This document shows, piece after piece, positions 28,701 to 37,829 of a DNA stretch of 64,000 nucleotides (position 1 is the stretch's first letter; each line of letters starts with the position of its first letter). The notes beneath the pieces are model-generated. The model made no database searches. It had not been told where the DNA came from and worked only from the letters and a program-made list of their open reading frames with translations. The position numbers and the translations under genes were made by a program. The DNA comes from a virus (lineage: Duplodnaviria; Caudoviricetes), in the IMG/VR virus record IMGVR_UViG_3300025838_000035, positions 1-64,000 of that record; one strand, given 5' to 3'.

Positions 28701-31700
28701 GTATGGAGCAGAGGATTTAACTTTGTATCTGATGCAGCGCCCAAGAAGTGTATCGCTTTAGGCTTTACTTCTTTCAGGAACTGGTCGAGGTCAGCACGGG
28801 AAACGGCTTTCTCGTTGGAAGGTATTCCAACAATAAAATTATCCGTGCCTAAGGTTTTGACCAAATGCTTATAAACATCAGCCAAAGACATAGCGCCTTT
28901 TTGAATTGGAATAATTGGTCTGCTTATATTGAAATTAAGTTCAGCCTGAATCCAATTCTTATGCTTATCAATCAAGTCCAAAGAGGCTTTTTGATCGCCA
29001 ACAATGTCAGGCATCACAAATAAAGGTCTTGGATACTCTGATTCCTCTACATCATTTAATCTTTGAATTGCCTCTTCAATCGCATCATACTTTGCAAGAA
29101 TGGCATCAAAGTCTAAAGGCTTAGGCTTATTCCCTTTCAACTGTTGCCTGAAATTACTGAACGCACCAGAGTCAACAAATACTGGCGTCTTCATATTCAA
29201 AACAGTATGCGCTATTTGGTTAATCGCATTCTGAGAAATCAAGCCTACGTCCACGCCAATACCGTGATTGGTATGCCCACTTCTAGCCCGTGTAGCATTT
29301 TCAAGATCAGAAATACCACTCATACCAGACGCAAACCGAACTAAGTTTTCTTTGACATGGGCAAGATTCTTTTCTTCTTCAGTCTCACCAAATAAACTTT
29401 GTTGTTGCTTGGCCTGTTCTTTCTTACCAAACCCTTCTAATCTAGGTTGAGTAAATGCAGTAGTAGCTTTCTTGGCTTTACCCAAGGCATAGCTCTGCTT
29501 GATCATTCCATTTTTAAGATCAACCAAGTCGCTGCTCACAATAGAATCTGTGGTGCTAACCAACTTATCCAAGGCAGTCTCAAACGGCTTAGCAATGCCA
29601 AGCAACTCACGGATCAAGGAAACAATGTGATTGAATACAGTCTTTTCCCCGACTTTGATATCGTTCAAGAACTTCTGTACGCCCTCATCAGTCATACCCC
29701 AAGATACAAGCTCGTCCATATTGGACAACGCATTGTTCTTGCCACGCATGAACTCTTGGATAACCAAAGGCAGATCTGCACCTTTGTTCTTAGCAAACTC
29801 AGCGTTATAGTGCCTAACAACTTGGTTATACAAGGTAGCAAGCTCTTTGACCAACGGATCAGTAGACTTCAGGAATCTCAACTGACCACGGGTAGCAACG
29901 TGCAATAGCTCATGCATCACCACCTTGTAGCTCATGCCAGATGGATAGCCCAATTGATTTGCTACGACTGGATGACCATTGAGCAATATACGCATGTGCG
30001 TATGATCACCATTCTGCCCCCAGTAGAAAGTCGTTACCCCATTAGCATCAAACAACTGACTATTGCGCTGATCTCCGTCTTGGATCTCAAACTCATAAGT
30101 CACGCCTTCTTTAGCCAAAGCCTGAATCCTGTTCAGGACTTTCTGCATCACAAACTTTGTAAACTTATTGGGCGCATTGTTGATAGCCCATTGAGCTACC
30201 TGAACCATTGACTTGCCCGTCAACTCTTTCTGAATCTTTGCTTGCTCAGAAGTAGGCTTAGGCGCTTGCTCAATAGCTCCTGTCTTAGACTTTAACGTAC
30301 CCTCACCAGACTGAGACTTCAATGTCTCAACCCTATCGTGCAACTTGTCCCGAACAGCAGCCATCAAAGCATTATGTCCCTCACGCTGATAATCAGCTTC
30401 TTGAGGGTGTTGATAGCGTACTGCCGTCAATATAGGATCAGGATTGATGCCTAAAGTTTGAGCATTGTCATAGAGCTCAGGCAATGTCTGACTCTCAAAC
30501 CAATCCTCAGTAACTGGCCCACGCAAAGCCTTGTCAGCCTCAAACTGACGCTCTTCCTCTGCAACCTGTTGCTCTTTATAAGCACCACCAATCTTCTCAA
30601 TGTCTTCAGGTTTTACCGCATTAGTCGCAATGGCTTGTCTTGCTTCTGCTTGATCTTCATTCTGAATGTAACCAGCCTGATGCAAAGCTTCAGTAACCTG
30701 ATCCATCCTGAATCCGTTGGGTCTGAACAAAGGTCTGTTACCAACCTGTTCATTCTTGTCGTAATTCATGTTTGCCATTTCGTCTGTATGCAAACCACCA
30801 CGGCTTGCAACAAACGCCTTAGCACCAATGATAGGCTCACCAGATGCAGTCATGGGTAGACCAATTTGACTCTTTGCTTCACGATCAAGCTCAGCCTGTG
30901 TCTTAGGAGACAGCACAAACTTACCCGCAACCTTGATCATCTTCATGGTCGGATTAAGCTTCTGCGCTGCCTTAGCCTGAATAGGATTATCAAATGGCAC
31001 ACCGCCATCCTTGATCAGAACGTTATCTTTACCCACATTCAATGGGTGCTCAGAAGCTTTAAAGAACGGCCCTGGAGCTTTCTTTTCTTTAGGCTCAAAG
31101 CCTTGGGCTTGCCAGACTTCTTCAGGCGTCCTAGGCGCAATAAGGTTACCTTCCTTATCCACTTTGGGCTTGGTAGGCTTGCCCTCTTCTTGAGCTGCTG
31201 CTTCGTTGATCGCCTGTTGTTGCTCTAAATCATATTGAACAATGTATGCCTCTTTCTCTTCAGGAGACATAGATGCCCACTTTTCTTGGGTCATCCGCAC
31301 CTTTTGAGGAGCATATTTGGCTTCAAATTCCTGTTGCTCATTCAGCGCAACTTGACCGCTAGGCATTACTTTAGGAACACCAGCCAATGGAGAATAGCCT
31401 AACTGAGGAGGCGTAGCAGCTACTTCTGCTTTATTTAAATTGGGTTGTGGAGCATACTTAGCCTCGAACTGAGACTGGTTGTACGCATCAAGATCAGCCT
31501 GAGTAAGCGCTACCGATCCATCTGGCAAAGCTTGTGGAGTGAATGGCTTATTCATACCAAGAGCTAAAGGCGCAGCAGGAGGAGGAGCTTCAGGAGGAGC
31601 AATCTCTTGTTGTGGTACTTCCAATGGTACTTCAGCAGGAGCTTGGATAGCAGGAGCATTCATCCTAGTCCTGATACCGCCCACACCACCAGGTACTGCA

Positions 31701-32746
31701 CCCATGACAAATGCACCGCCTGCAGTATTGATGTACTCGTTAATAGCGTCTTTGTCATTAACCGACAAGCCTGCACCATAACGCTCTGCGGCCTGTTGCA
31801 ACTCTTCAGCAGGTACTTCCTTAGCACCAGTAGCCAACATACCTTTGCCTACATCAAGCAATAGGTTTCTAGTCGATTTGTTAGCAATGTTGCTTAGCCC
31901 ACCAAGACCAATCTTCTCACCCGCATAATCAGCAAGAGAGTGAACGGCTACGGCAGGAGCTAAACGACTCATGTCGATCTGCTCAGGATCATAACCAGCT
32001 TCTTGCAAAGCACGACTTGTCGTTTCACCTGTACCGTGAAATACCGCTTGTCCAGCCATGCCTAAGTTTTGACCATAAGCCGCTGCGCCAGACTTGGCCA
32101 GTTTGCTTAGCTCTTCACCATTCAAGCTATCAATAGCATGAGCAGCCACATAATCAGCCGTTGCTTTCTTGGCTTCTTCTTTAGTAGCACCACTAGCCAA
32201 TTGCTCTTGAAGTATTTTTTCCGCTGCTTCTTTGATGCCTTTTCTGACCAAAGAACGGTTAACTACACTTTCCATAGCACCCGCGGCAGTACCAGCTCCT
32301 GGAGCTACGGCAGATCCAAGTAGTCCACCAGCCAAAGCAAACGCACCAGTTTCCATGATGTTGGCCATACCCTGACCAACCTGATAAGGCAACCAATCGG
32401 TTACGACTGTACCGATGCCTTGCTTCCATGCCTCTTGCAAATCATCAGACTTCTTGGCTTCTCTCTGCTGAGCTTCATTGGCTTCATGGATATTCTTAGC
32501 GCCCTTACCCAATAGGTAATCGGATACCACGCCCTGACCAAGAACGTGCTTAGCACCAGCTCCAAGTAGCGTTTGCATACCACCAAGAACTTCTTTGTCT
32601 GAATCTGCAAGAGACTCAAAGCCACGGACAAAATCACCCTTATCAACACCCAGAAGACCTTGTACCGTTTTATCTATTACGCTATGGTCTGTACCATCTG
32701 GGAATTCAAGAATACGGCCGTCTGGGAGTTCTGCTTCGATGGTCAT
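25691..32746 (-). CDS. Large polyvalent virion protein (2351 aa): zincin metallopeptidase, TGT/DpdA-like domain, C-terminal LPD38-like domain
   Basis: HELLH at ~29900-29925; DSGAFS/PDIVGD/IHFLG/DAS at ~28650-29180; FRIPKPFEFG..KPLVDVYANKDSFT..LSPVQIDYMIRGYMGWLG at ~26130-26530. Confidence 0.8.
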   Translation of the reverse strand: MTIEAELPDGRILEFPDGTDHSVIDKTVQGLLGVDKGDFVRGFESLADSDKEVLGGMQTLLGAGAKHVLGQGVVSDYLLGKGAKNIHEANEAQQREAKKSDDLQEAWKQGIGTVVTDWLPYQVGQGMANIMETGAFALAGGLLGSAVAPGAGTAAGAMESVVNRSLVRKGIKEAAEKILQEQLASGATKEEAKKATADYVAAHAIDSLNGEELSKLAKSGAAAYGQNLGMAGQAVFHGTGETTSRALQEAGYDPEQIDMSRLAPAVAVHSLADYAGEKIGLGGLSNIANKSTRNLLLDVGKGMLATGAKEVPAEELQQAAERYGAGLSVNDKDAINEYINTAGGAFVMGAVPGGVGGIRTRMNAPAIQAPAEVPLEVPQQEIAPPEAPPPAAPLALGMNKPFTPQALPDGSVALTQADLDAYNQSQFEAKYAPQPNLNKAEVAATPPQLGYSPLAGVPKVMPSGQVALNEQQEFEAKYAPQKVRMTQEKWASMSPEEKEAYIVQYDLEQQQAINEAAAQEEGKPTKPKVDKEGNLIAPRTPEEVWQAQGFEPKEKKAPGPFFKASEHPLNVGKDNVLIKDGGVPFDNPIQAKAAQKLNPTMKMIKVAGKFVLSPKTQAELDREAKSQIGLPMTASGEPIIGAKAFVASRGGLHTDEMANMNYDKNEQVGNRPLFRPNGFRMDQVTEALHQAGYIQNEDQAEARQAIATNAVKPEDIEKIGGAYKEQQVAEEERQFEADKALRGPVTEDWFESQTLPELYDNAQTLGINPDPILTAVRYQHPQEADYQREGHNALMAAVRDKLHDRVETLKSQSGEGTLKSKTGAIEQAPKPTSEQAKIQKELTGKSMVQVAQWAINNAPNKFTKFVMQKVLNRIQALAKEGVTYEFEIQDGDQRNSQLFDANGVTTFYWGQNGDHTHMRILLNGHPVVANQLGYPSGMSYKVVMHELLHVATRGQLRFLKSTDPLVKELATLYNQVVRHYNAEFAKNKGADLPLVIQEFMRGKNNALSNMDELVSWGMTDEGVQKFLNDIKVGEKTVFNHIVSLIRELLGIAKPFETALDKLVSTTDSIVSSDLVDLKNGMIKQSYALGKAKKATTAFTQPRLEGFGKKEQAKQQQSLFGETEEEKNLAHVKENLVRFASGMSGISDLENATRARSGHTNHGIGVDVGLISQNAINQIAHTVLNMKTPVFVDSGAFSNFRQQLKGNKPKPLDFDAILAKYDAIEEAIQRLNDVEESEYPRPLFVMPDIVGDQKASLDLIDKHKNWIQAELNFNISRPIIPIQKGAMSLADVYKHLVKTLGTDNFIVGIPSNEKAVSRADLDQFLKEVKPKAIHFLGAASDTKLNPLLHTVALLSPDTNVTADASQVRSSILNGVAQGKSRPQAIMDALYEHQDPQDRVMDRLMNMPSYQKYVESDSISHQEEDYLKMMTAHEAGRVLGDKVQQALQKRSPMNVDAFAGVDPKLTSQIQSTFYAPNKTILDRVVSMKGNFWNTLAQKMVDELRTVKDYSPIGYMQARLSKATDGALEGILHYGHAFLDDGALNIKTGDNHKGLMQALAPLGKEVDRFQVWMALNREANLPDEKRSPNLSSMVSQRNDLIKGDLNGVSRAKLYEQARKDMMAINKSVLDVALDTGTIDKEAYERFANDAFYIPFYRAMEDGKIESIRAASRLTNQQFSKMLKGQNEKPFGDLMENVMRNWSHILSASMKNQAAVTIIQDASGQGAVTPNLKPGLYWADGAVHSAESGKIVGNGDVVQERVDEDGKKYLVSMTDSGKDTVKVLINGKDAYFHVNDPMLLESIGAITYLGPQSKVLDVMRNFKNYLRFGVTLSPAFKASNLIKDSIQSAGLSGLSNNFVKNVYDGFADSKPGSATYIAALAGGGVFNYGTTLEGDRSQVVKKLLASGVNGENIVDTKEKVEHFLKKLWHKYEEIGNRSENINRIALYKKLRAEGKTHLEASFEARDLMDFSMSGSSGAIRYLSQIVPFLNARLQGLYKLGRDGINPTVRVFYNTATGKPIIQDDIQKAKSFSTVAGAVTLASMALYMAFKDDEDFKKREQWDRDFFWWFKIPGTNEVFRIPKPFEFGSFGTLAERSLEQIVDKGVEGKVFGDSIQRMVFQTFSMNPTPQFFKPLVDVYANKDSFTNAPIETAGMERLSKQERVSNDTSAIAKALGGVSHVFAPIAGTELSPVQIDYMIRGYMGWLGGTIETTSQYAMMPFNDGVYPDADWTKRMSLGFVQKLPATQSTYVTDFYQNNQRISESYADMRHYAELGQSEKVKEILTEKKDDIALAKLYDKTAKDIASIRKQKLQIANPQNRSMTGEQKQQEIQRLDLLISQVAQHAEEIRKSLKKAP
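28499..28511. promoter_or_regulatory. Palindromic site TGAGTCCGACTCA, copy 2 (in CDS)
   Basis: 18-bp TGAGTCCGACTCAACATA identical to 21012-21029. Confidence 0.55.
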
Positions 32747-32749
32747 GTT

Positions 32750-35068
32750 TTATCCGATTTGTTTTCCGCTGCTATCGTATTTGATTCTGGTTGCGCCTGT
32801 GGTTGTAGGTTGCGTATTAGCAAAAGGATCAGGCAATCCTAATTTCTGATGAGCTTGTCTATAGTAAGCATTACCCATCAAAGCTTTACGTTTCATTTCA
32901 GCTCTTGCTTGCTCAAGTTGAGCAGGGTTCATATTCATTAATATATCACCCTTGGTATTCGCTACTGCATTTAACTCTGCATCTTTCTCTGCTTTAGAAA
33001 TGTAGTCCGACAAGTCTTTCTGTTGTCGCTCATTTAAAGACGCTTGCCTTTGAGCCAAGTTAGCCGCAGCACTTGTTGACTTACGCTCTGTCTCAGCCTT
33101 CTGAGCTTCTGAACGTTGAGCCAATGCATCTCTACGCATTTGATCGTAAAGCTCTGTCTTAGACAATCCAAGCTGAGCAGCCATGATCTGTTTCTGCTCA
33201 TCGCCACGTTGCTTGTTAGCAGTAGCCAAGTATTGCAGACCCTGTGCTCCGCCTTGACCAATGTTAGACATAGCATACTGTGAAGTACCACCCATCATAC
33301 CAAGACCTGCCTGTAAAACAGCAAGCCACATATCCTGCTCTTTAGACTTCTTGCTATCGAACTCCATGTCTTTAAGCTTCTGTCTAAAGTCAGAAATGTC
33401 TGAGCTCTCTTCAGGTTTAGTAGGCAACGCCTCAATTCCCGTAGGTCTTTTCTCGGGCTCACCAGTAGGTTCAAACTGATTAGCACCAAATCCAATATCC
33501 ATGTCACCCAAAGGAGGAGTAGTAGGCGTACTATTGTATGCCTCGACTTCACCGTACCCAGGTCCACCTTTTGTGCGATGACCGATAGTAGCCGCAGGCA
33601 ATGGCTTAGAAGGCGTTACATCAGCAGGAGCAGGTAACAAAGAAGTGATCGCAGTTGGAGCTTCATCTTTTCTAATTGGAACGTTCTGTGTAATACGCTT
33701 TTTACCCATATTAGGATAGATCAAAGCAGGGTGTTTTGCTGCTTCAATTTCTTCCAAAGTAGCTCCACCTGGGTTAGCACCCAAAGCGGTAGGAATGTCA
33801 GCATTGTTAGGGCCAGTCAAACCTTTATATGCCATTGTTGCAGCAATAGGAGCACCTAAACCTACAATGCCTGCTGGGGTTAAAAGCCCTGCTGCGCCAG
33901 CTTCTGCTGCGCCAGAGGCAAGAGGATACTTGGGGACAAAGTTGCTCGCTGCCTTTGCTCTTTGAACGCCAGCCGCTAATTCATCCGCAGTAAATGCATT
34001 AGACGGAGCACTGCTTGCAGCAGTAGAAGTACCGAGATTACCAATGCCACCCGAGGATTGAAATGCATTGTTAGCTCCTAAACTGTATGGTTCACCACCA
34101 GCAATATCACTAAACACAAGGCTACCACCTGCACCTTGATAGTGCTTTACTTCTCCGCCAGAAGCCAAACCAACAATGCCACCTCTAGCAAAGTTAATAC
34201 CCTTGATATAGTTCTGGGTTTCTTTCGGGAGCTTGGAGATATCTGCACCGTTAGCAAGCCATTTGTCAGCATTTCCAGTCCCCCAGTTATAAGCAATAGC
34301 TGCAAGTGTAGGATTCTGATACTTATGCAACAACGCATCAGCATACTGTTCGCCTACCCTTTTCAACTCATCAGGATTGTTAACATCTTTAGCAGGTGCA
34401 ATACCAAAACCTGGATCCTTGGCGGTTGCAGGCATGACTTGCATTTCACCCAAAGCGCCCTCAGAAGACTTCAGCAAGTGACCTTCTTTGTCATAACGCT
34501 TACCACCACTTTCTTTTCCAAGAATGTGGCGTCTTAATTTCTCACTCTCATCCAACTGAGCTATTCCTTGAGGAGCAGCTTGGGGCATAGCTTGAGGCGC
34601 AGGTTGTAATGCGGCAATAGCCTGATGCTGTGCTTGTGGTTGCTCAGGTTGCGTCATGTTGACGTCAATATCTTCATCTTCTTCACCAGAAACTGGAGCC
34701 TGAAGTCTTCCCAATAACGACTTAAACAGAGCAGAATCTTGACGCTCTTCTTCATCATCATCGTCATCTTCACTCAAACCGCCATCAGCAAAAGCAACGA
34801 TGCCACCGCCACTAGCACCTACTGGCATATTGCTAGGCAACGCAGTTACACCTTGACCAGCTTCAGACATGATGCCTTGAGCAATGGTCTGTTGCGGTTG
34901 GTTCTTAGCCGCCGCTAAACCTTGAGCAGTCTTTTGTTGGTTAACCTTGTCTTGCAACATAGGTACGCCAACATAAGCAGGAATAGTCCCGTCTTGAATT
35001 GCCTTTTGCAATTGCTCTACCGACAAATTCTCGGCAGTATATTCACGGCTTGCTAATGATCCAATCAT
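32750..35068 (-). CDS. Internal virion protein with lytic transglycosylase (SLT) domain
   Basis: GKESGG..GALGEMQVMPATA..AAIAYNWGTGN..ETQNYI. Confidence 0.8.
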   Translation of the reverse strand: MIGSLASREYTAENLSVEQLQKAIQDGTIPAYVGVPMLQDKVNQQKTAQGLAAAKNQPQQTIAQGIMSEAGQGVTALPSNMPVGASGGGIVAFADGGLSEDDDDDEEERQDSALFKSLLGRLQAPVSGEEDEDIDVNMTQPEQPQAQHQAIAALQPAPQAMPQAAPQGIAQLDESEKLRRHILGKESGGKRYDKEGHLLKSSEGALGEMQVMPATAKDPGFGIAPAKDVNNPDELKRVGEQYADALLHKYQNPTLAAIAYNWGTGNADKWLANGADISKLPKETQNYIKGINFARGGIVGLASGGEVKHYQGAGGSLVFSDIAGGEPYSLGANNAFQSSGGIGNLGTSTAASSAPSNAFTADELAAGVQRAKAASNFVPKYPLASGAAEAGAAGLLTPAGIVGLGAPIAATMAYKGLTGPNNADIPTALGANPGGATLEEIEAAKHPALIYPNMGKKRITQNVPIRKDEAPTAITSLLPAPADVTPSKPLPAATIGHRTKGGPGYGEVEAYNSTPTTPPLGDMDIGFGANQFEPTGEPEKRPTGIEALPTKPEESSDISDFRQKLKDMEFDSKKSKEQDMWLAVLQAGLGMMGGTSQYAMSNIGQGGAQGLQYLATANKQRGDEQKQIMAAQLGLSKTELYDQMRRDALAQRSEAQKAETERKSTSAAANLAQRQASLNERQQKDLSDYISKAEKDAELNAVANTKGDILMNMNPAQLEQARAEMKRKALMGNAYYRQAHQKLGLPDPFANTQPTTTGATRIKYDSSGKQIG

Positions 35069-36738
35069 TTTCTACCTTTCAGCGCATTGGCTATACCAAG
35101 GCACACAATTCCCCCACCAGCATATCTCGGCTCTTTGATCTTACCGCCCTTTTTCTTGGTCAGTTGATAAGCCGCTAAACCTGCAGTTCCCAATCCAGTC
35201 GCAGCAGATAGCGCTGAAGGAGGAGCTTGATAGGTTGTAGACGTAGTATTAGTAGGCGTATTACGAAGCAAGTTCATAACATTGGTAGCCTGCGTCATCG
35301 GGTAGTTTTGTGTATTACCGTAATTAGAAATGGCTTGGTTAAGAACATTCTGTTGCTGAGCTTGTTGCTGACCACCCAAAGTATTTTGGGTATTCATAAT
35401 GTTCATCTGTGCGGCTTGGCAAGCAGTACCAATATTGGATAAAGTACCAGCTGCTTGATTTGCTCCTGCATAACCTGCTTGAGCTCCTTGAACACCTTGC
35501 AAACCAACCTGTGCGCCTTGCATACCTTGAGCCGTACCAGCCAACTGAGTATTGACGCCTTGGAGTCCTGCTTGAGCACCTTGAATGCCTGTTTGATAAG
35601 CTCGGTTAGCAGCGCATACACCCTGAAGTCCTTGAGCATTTCCAGTCAAAGCAGTACCGATACCAGACAATCCTAGTTGTCCGCCACCCAAAGCAGTTCC
35701 TAAACCTGTTTGTGCTCCAGCCAAACCTTGCAATCCAAGCTGAGAGCCTTGCAACATATAGTTTGTAGCAGCGCAATAGGCTTTGTTGTAACCGCAAGCA
35801 ATCATTTTTTGATTTGCTAAGTTCTGGTTAAGCGTATTCTGTGCGGACAAAACTGCACAACGACCACCACCAAAAGCACCTGCCTGAGTAGCTGCGGCTT
35901 GTTGATTAGCCTGTTGTTGACCATATTGCTGATTCATCAAAGCCATTTGAGCTTTTAAAGAATCTTGCAAATATGGATTCATATTTGACTGAATCAATGC
36001 GGCACATTGAGCTTGCTTAGCAAAGTTAGCGCCTGCTGCGGCTTGCTGAGCTGCATAACACTTAGATCTTGCAGCAATACACGCACCTTGAGCTTGTGCA
36101 GCCAAACCCATCTGACCAATCTGAGAGCCTAAACTGCCATAACCTGTAGCACATTTAGCCAAGTTAGCACCTTGAGCGCCATAACCTGCACCCATTGATC
36201 CATAATAACCACCGCCTTGGACTCCTAGATTTTGACCCAACATGCCCGACTGATAACCTGCGTTACCATATCCAAGAGCTTGTGCTGCACTAGCCAAATC
36301 ACCTTGACCCGCTGCACTAGCTAAGTTAGTAGCCGCACCGAACTGACCAGGCATCTGCATATTTGCAGCTTCACTTTGTGCCTGTTGTTGCAAAGGAGAA
36401 AAGCCTGCTACTGCCTGTTGTGCCGCCGCCATTTGCTGAGCACCAAAGCCTGCTGGCCCCATAACGGGATTACCGCTTGAATCAAGTAAAGGTTGACCGT
36501 TGGCGTTGGTTTGAGGAACCATTTGACCAAAAGCCGTATAGCCTTTTTGACTTGTCGGAATGTAGTTTCCTGCCGCATCAGTAGCCAAAGAACCATCAGG
36601 ATTGGTCTGATAGTTGAATTGATTCATCATCTGTGAACCAAGCAACGTATTAGCTAACCCCTGAAATTGGGTTGGAATGCTACTCGTATTTACTGTTTGT
36701 GTTGCGGGTGCTGTAGACCCACCGCCTCCGCCACTCAT
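35065..36738 (-). CDS. DNA transfer / ejection protein, Cys-enriched
   Basis: G/Q/A-rich with MNPY and GAFGGGR motifs; 10 Cys. Confidence 0.6.
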   Translation of the reverse strand: MSGGGGGSTAPATQTVNTSSIPTQFQGLANTLLGSQMMNQFNYQTNPDGSLATDAAGNYIPTSQKGYTAFGQMVPQTNANGQPLLDSSGNPVMGPAGFGAQQMAAAQQAVAGFSPLQQQAQSEAANMQMPGQFGAATNLASAAGQGDLASAAQALGYGNAGYQSGMLGQNLGVQGGGYYGSMGAGYGAQGANLAKCATGYGSLGSQIGQMGLAAQAQGACIAARSKCYAAQQAAAGANFAKQAQCAALIQSNMNPYLQDSLKAQMALMNQQYGQQQANQQAAATQAGAFGGGRCAVLSAQNTLNQNLANQKMIACGYNKAYCAATNYMLQGSQLGLQGLAGAQTGLGTALGGGQLGLSGIGTALTGNAQGLQGVCAANRAYQTGIQGAQAGLQGVNTQLAGTAQGMQGAQVGLQGVQGAQAGYAGANQAAGTLSNIGTACQAAQMNIMNTQNTLGGQQQAQQQNVLNQAISNYGNTQNYPMTQATNVMNLLRNTPTNTTSTTYQAPPSALSAATGLGTAGLAAYQLTKKKGGKIKEPRYAGGGIVCLGIANALKGRK

Positions 36739-37415
36739 ACTTTACCTCCTTTGTACAAGTCTTGCGTGGTTTGACCGCTTGCAGGCGGAGTCAAATTGCC
36801 AGCTGCTTGATTGTAGTTAACCGCAGGCGCAGTAGTTGGCGCAGGAGCAGCAGTAGCCTGTTGTGGCCCTTGGTAATAATTCATCATAGTACCCATTGGA
36901 CTATATCCACCACCATAACCACCAAATGCACCAAAACTACCTAAACCGTTATAGCCTTGATTAAGACTATAAGGATTCGATGCAAACGGATTCTGCATTT
37001 GAGGAACAAAGTTAGATGCTTCTGATCCGTACAATCCACCTCCAAACTGACCAGAAAATCCACCGCCAGTTGGTTGTTGAGGCGTATAACCGCTTGGATT
37101 CATATTCGCAGATGCTTGGCTAGGAGTAAAATTACCACCGCCAATAGCCCCATAACCATAAGGATTGATATTTAAAAACCCTTGTGAATAGTTCTGTGGC
37201 ATACCAGCGCCTTGATTGGTAAAGTAAGTATTGGGAGGAGGAACATCATTGCCGTAGATGTTTCCATAAATAGTATTCGGCTGCATAGGCGCTTGAGTGT
37301 TGTAGCCTCCCCAGTTGCCAAGCGAAGAACCACCAAAATTTTGTGGGGTTGTGTTTTGTTGTTGTGGAGCATTCATGTTCCCAACTGCTGATCCCATATT
37401 TCCTAGTCCTGCCAT
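36735..37415 (-). CDS. Low-complexity G/N/Q/Y/P-rich virion-associated protein
   Basis: Ends YKGGKV; ATGA overlap with next gene. Confidence 0.5.
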   Translation of the reverse strand: MAGLGNMGSAVGNMNAPQQQNTTPQNFGGSSLGNWGGYNTQAPMQPNTIYGNIYGNDVPPPNTYFTNQGAGMPQNYSQGFLNINPYGYGAIGGGNFTPSQASANMNPSGYTPQQPTGGGFSGQFGGGLYGSEASNFVPQMQNPFASNPYSLNQGYNGLGSFGAFGGYGGGYSPMGTMMNYYQGPQQATAAPAPTTAPAVNYNQAAGNLTPPASGQTTQDLYKGGKV

Positions 37416-37424
37416 ATCGTTCTC

Positions 37425-37829
37425 CTAAAGCTTGGTTTCTACAAGCATTGATCGTTCTTCAAATCCGTACCGCTTCCACAAACGTGCAATAGACGGTCTT
37501 GCCATTCCCTGAATCTTTGTCGCACCATGCGCCTTGAATATGTCACCCATCTTCTTAAATGTATCTCGGTTTGAAATTAATCTACCGCCAATACAAGTAA
37601 TAAAAGCTACCCTGTCATTTGGATAGTTGATAAAAGAAACAGAGGCCGCCCCATGTATCTTTCCATCTTCTACCGCTACCAACAAGATCCATTGACCTTG
37701 TGATAAAAACATCCTAATCTGGTCGAGCGTGTAGTCACCATGACTATATTGCAACGCTGCTTCAAAATACTCCCGAACAGATTCCCAGATTTGATTAACA
37801 AAATTTTGTGGAATTTGTTGAATGATCAT
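37425..37829 (-). CDS. GNAT-like acetyltransferase in virion module
   Basis: ILLVAVEDGKIHGA..AFITCIGG..GATKIQG..RLWKRYGF. Confidence 0.55.
   Translation of the reverse strand: MIIQQIPQNFVNQIWESVREYFEAALQYSHGDYTLDQIRMFLSQGQWILLVAVEDGKIHGAASVSFINYPNDRVAFITCIGGRLISNRDTFKKMGDIFKAHGATKIQGMARPSIARLWKRYGFEERSMLVETKL

Noticed and set aside
25934-32649. Numerous 60-150 aa antisense or off-frame ORFs in the track (also 6972, 17788, 18791, 57607, 59411 etc.)
   Set aside because: They shadow well-supported genes, lack RBS or recognisable motifs, and are expected from codon bias
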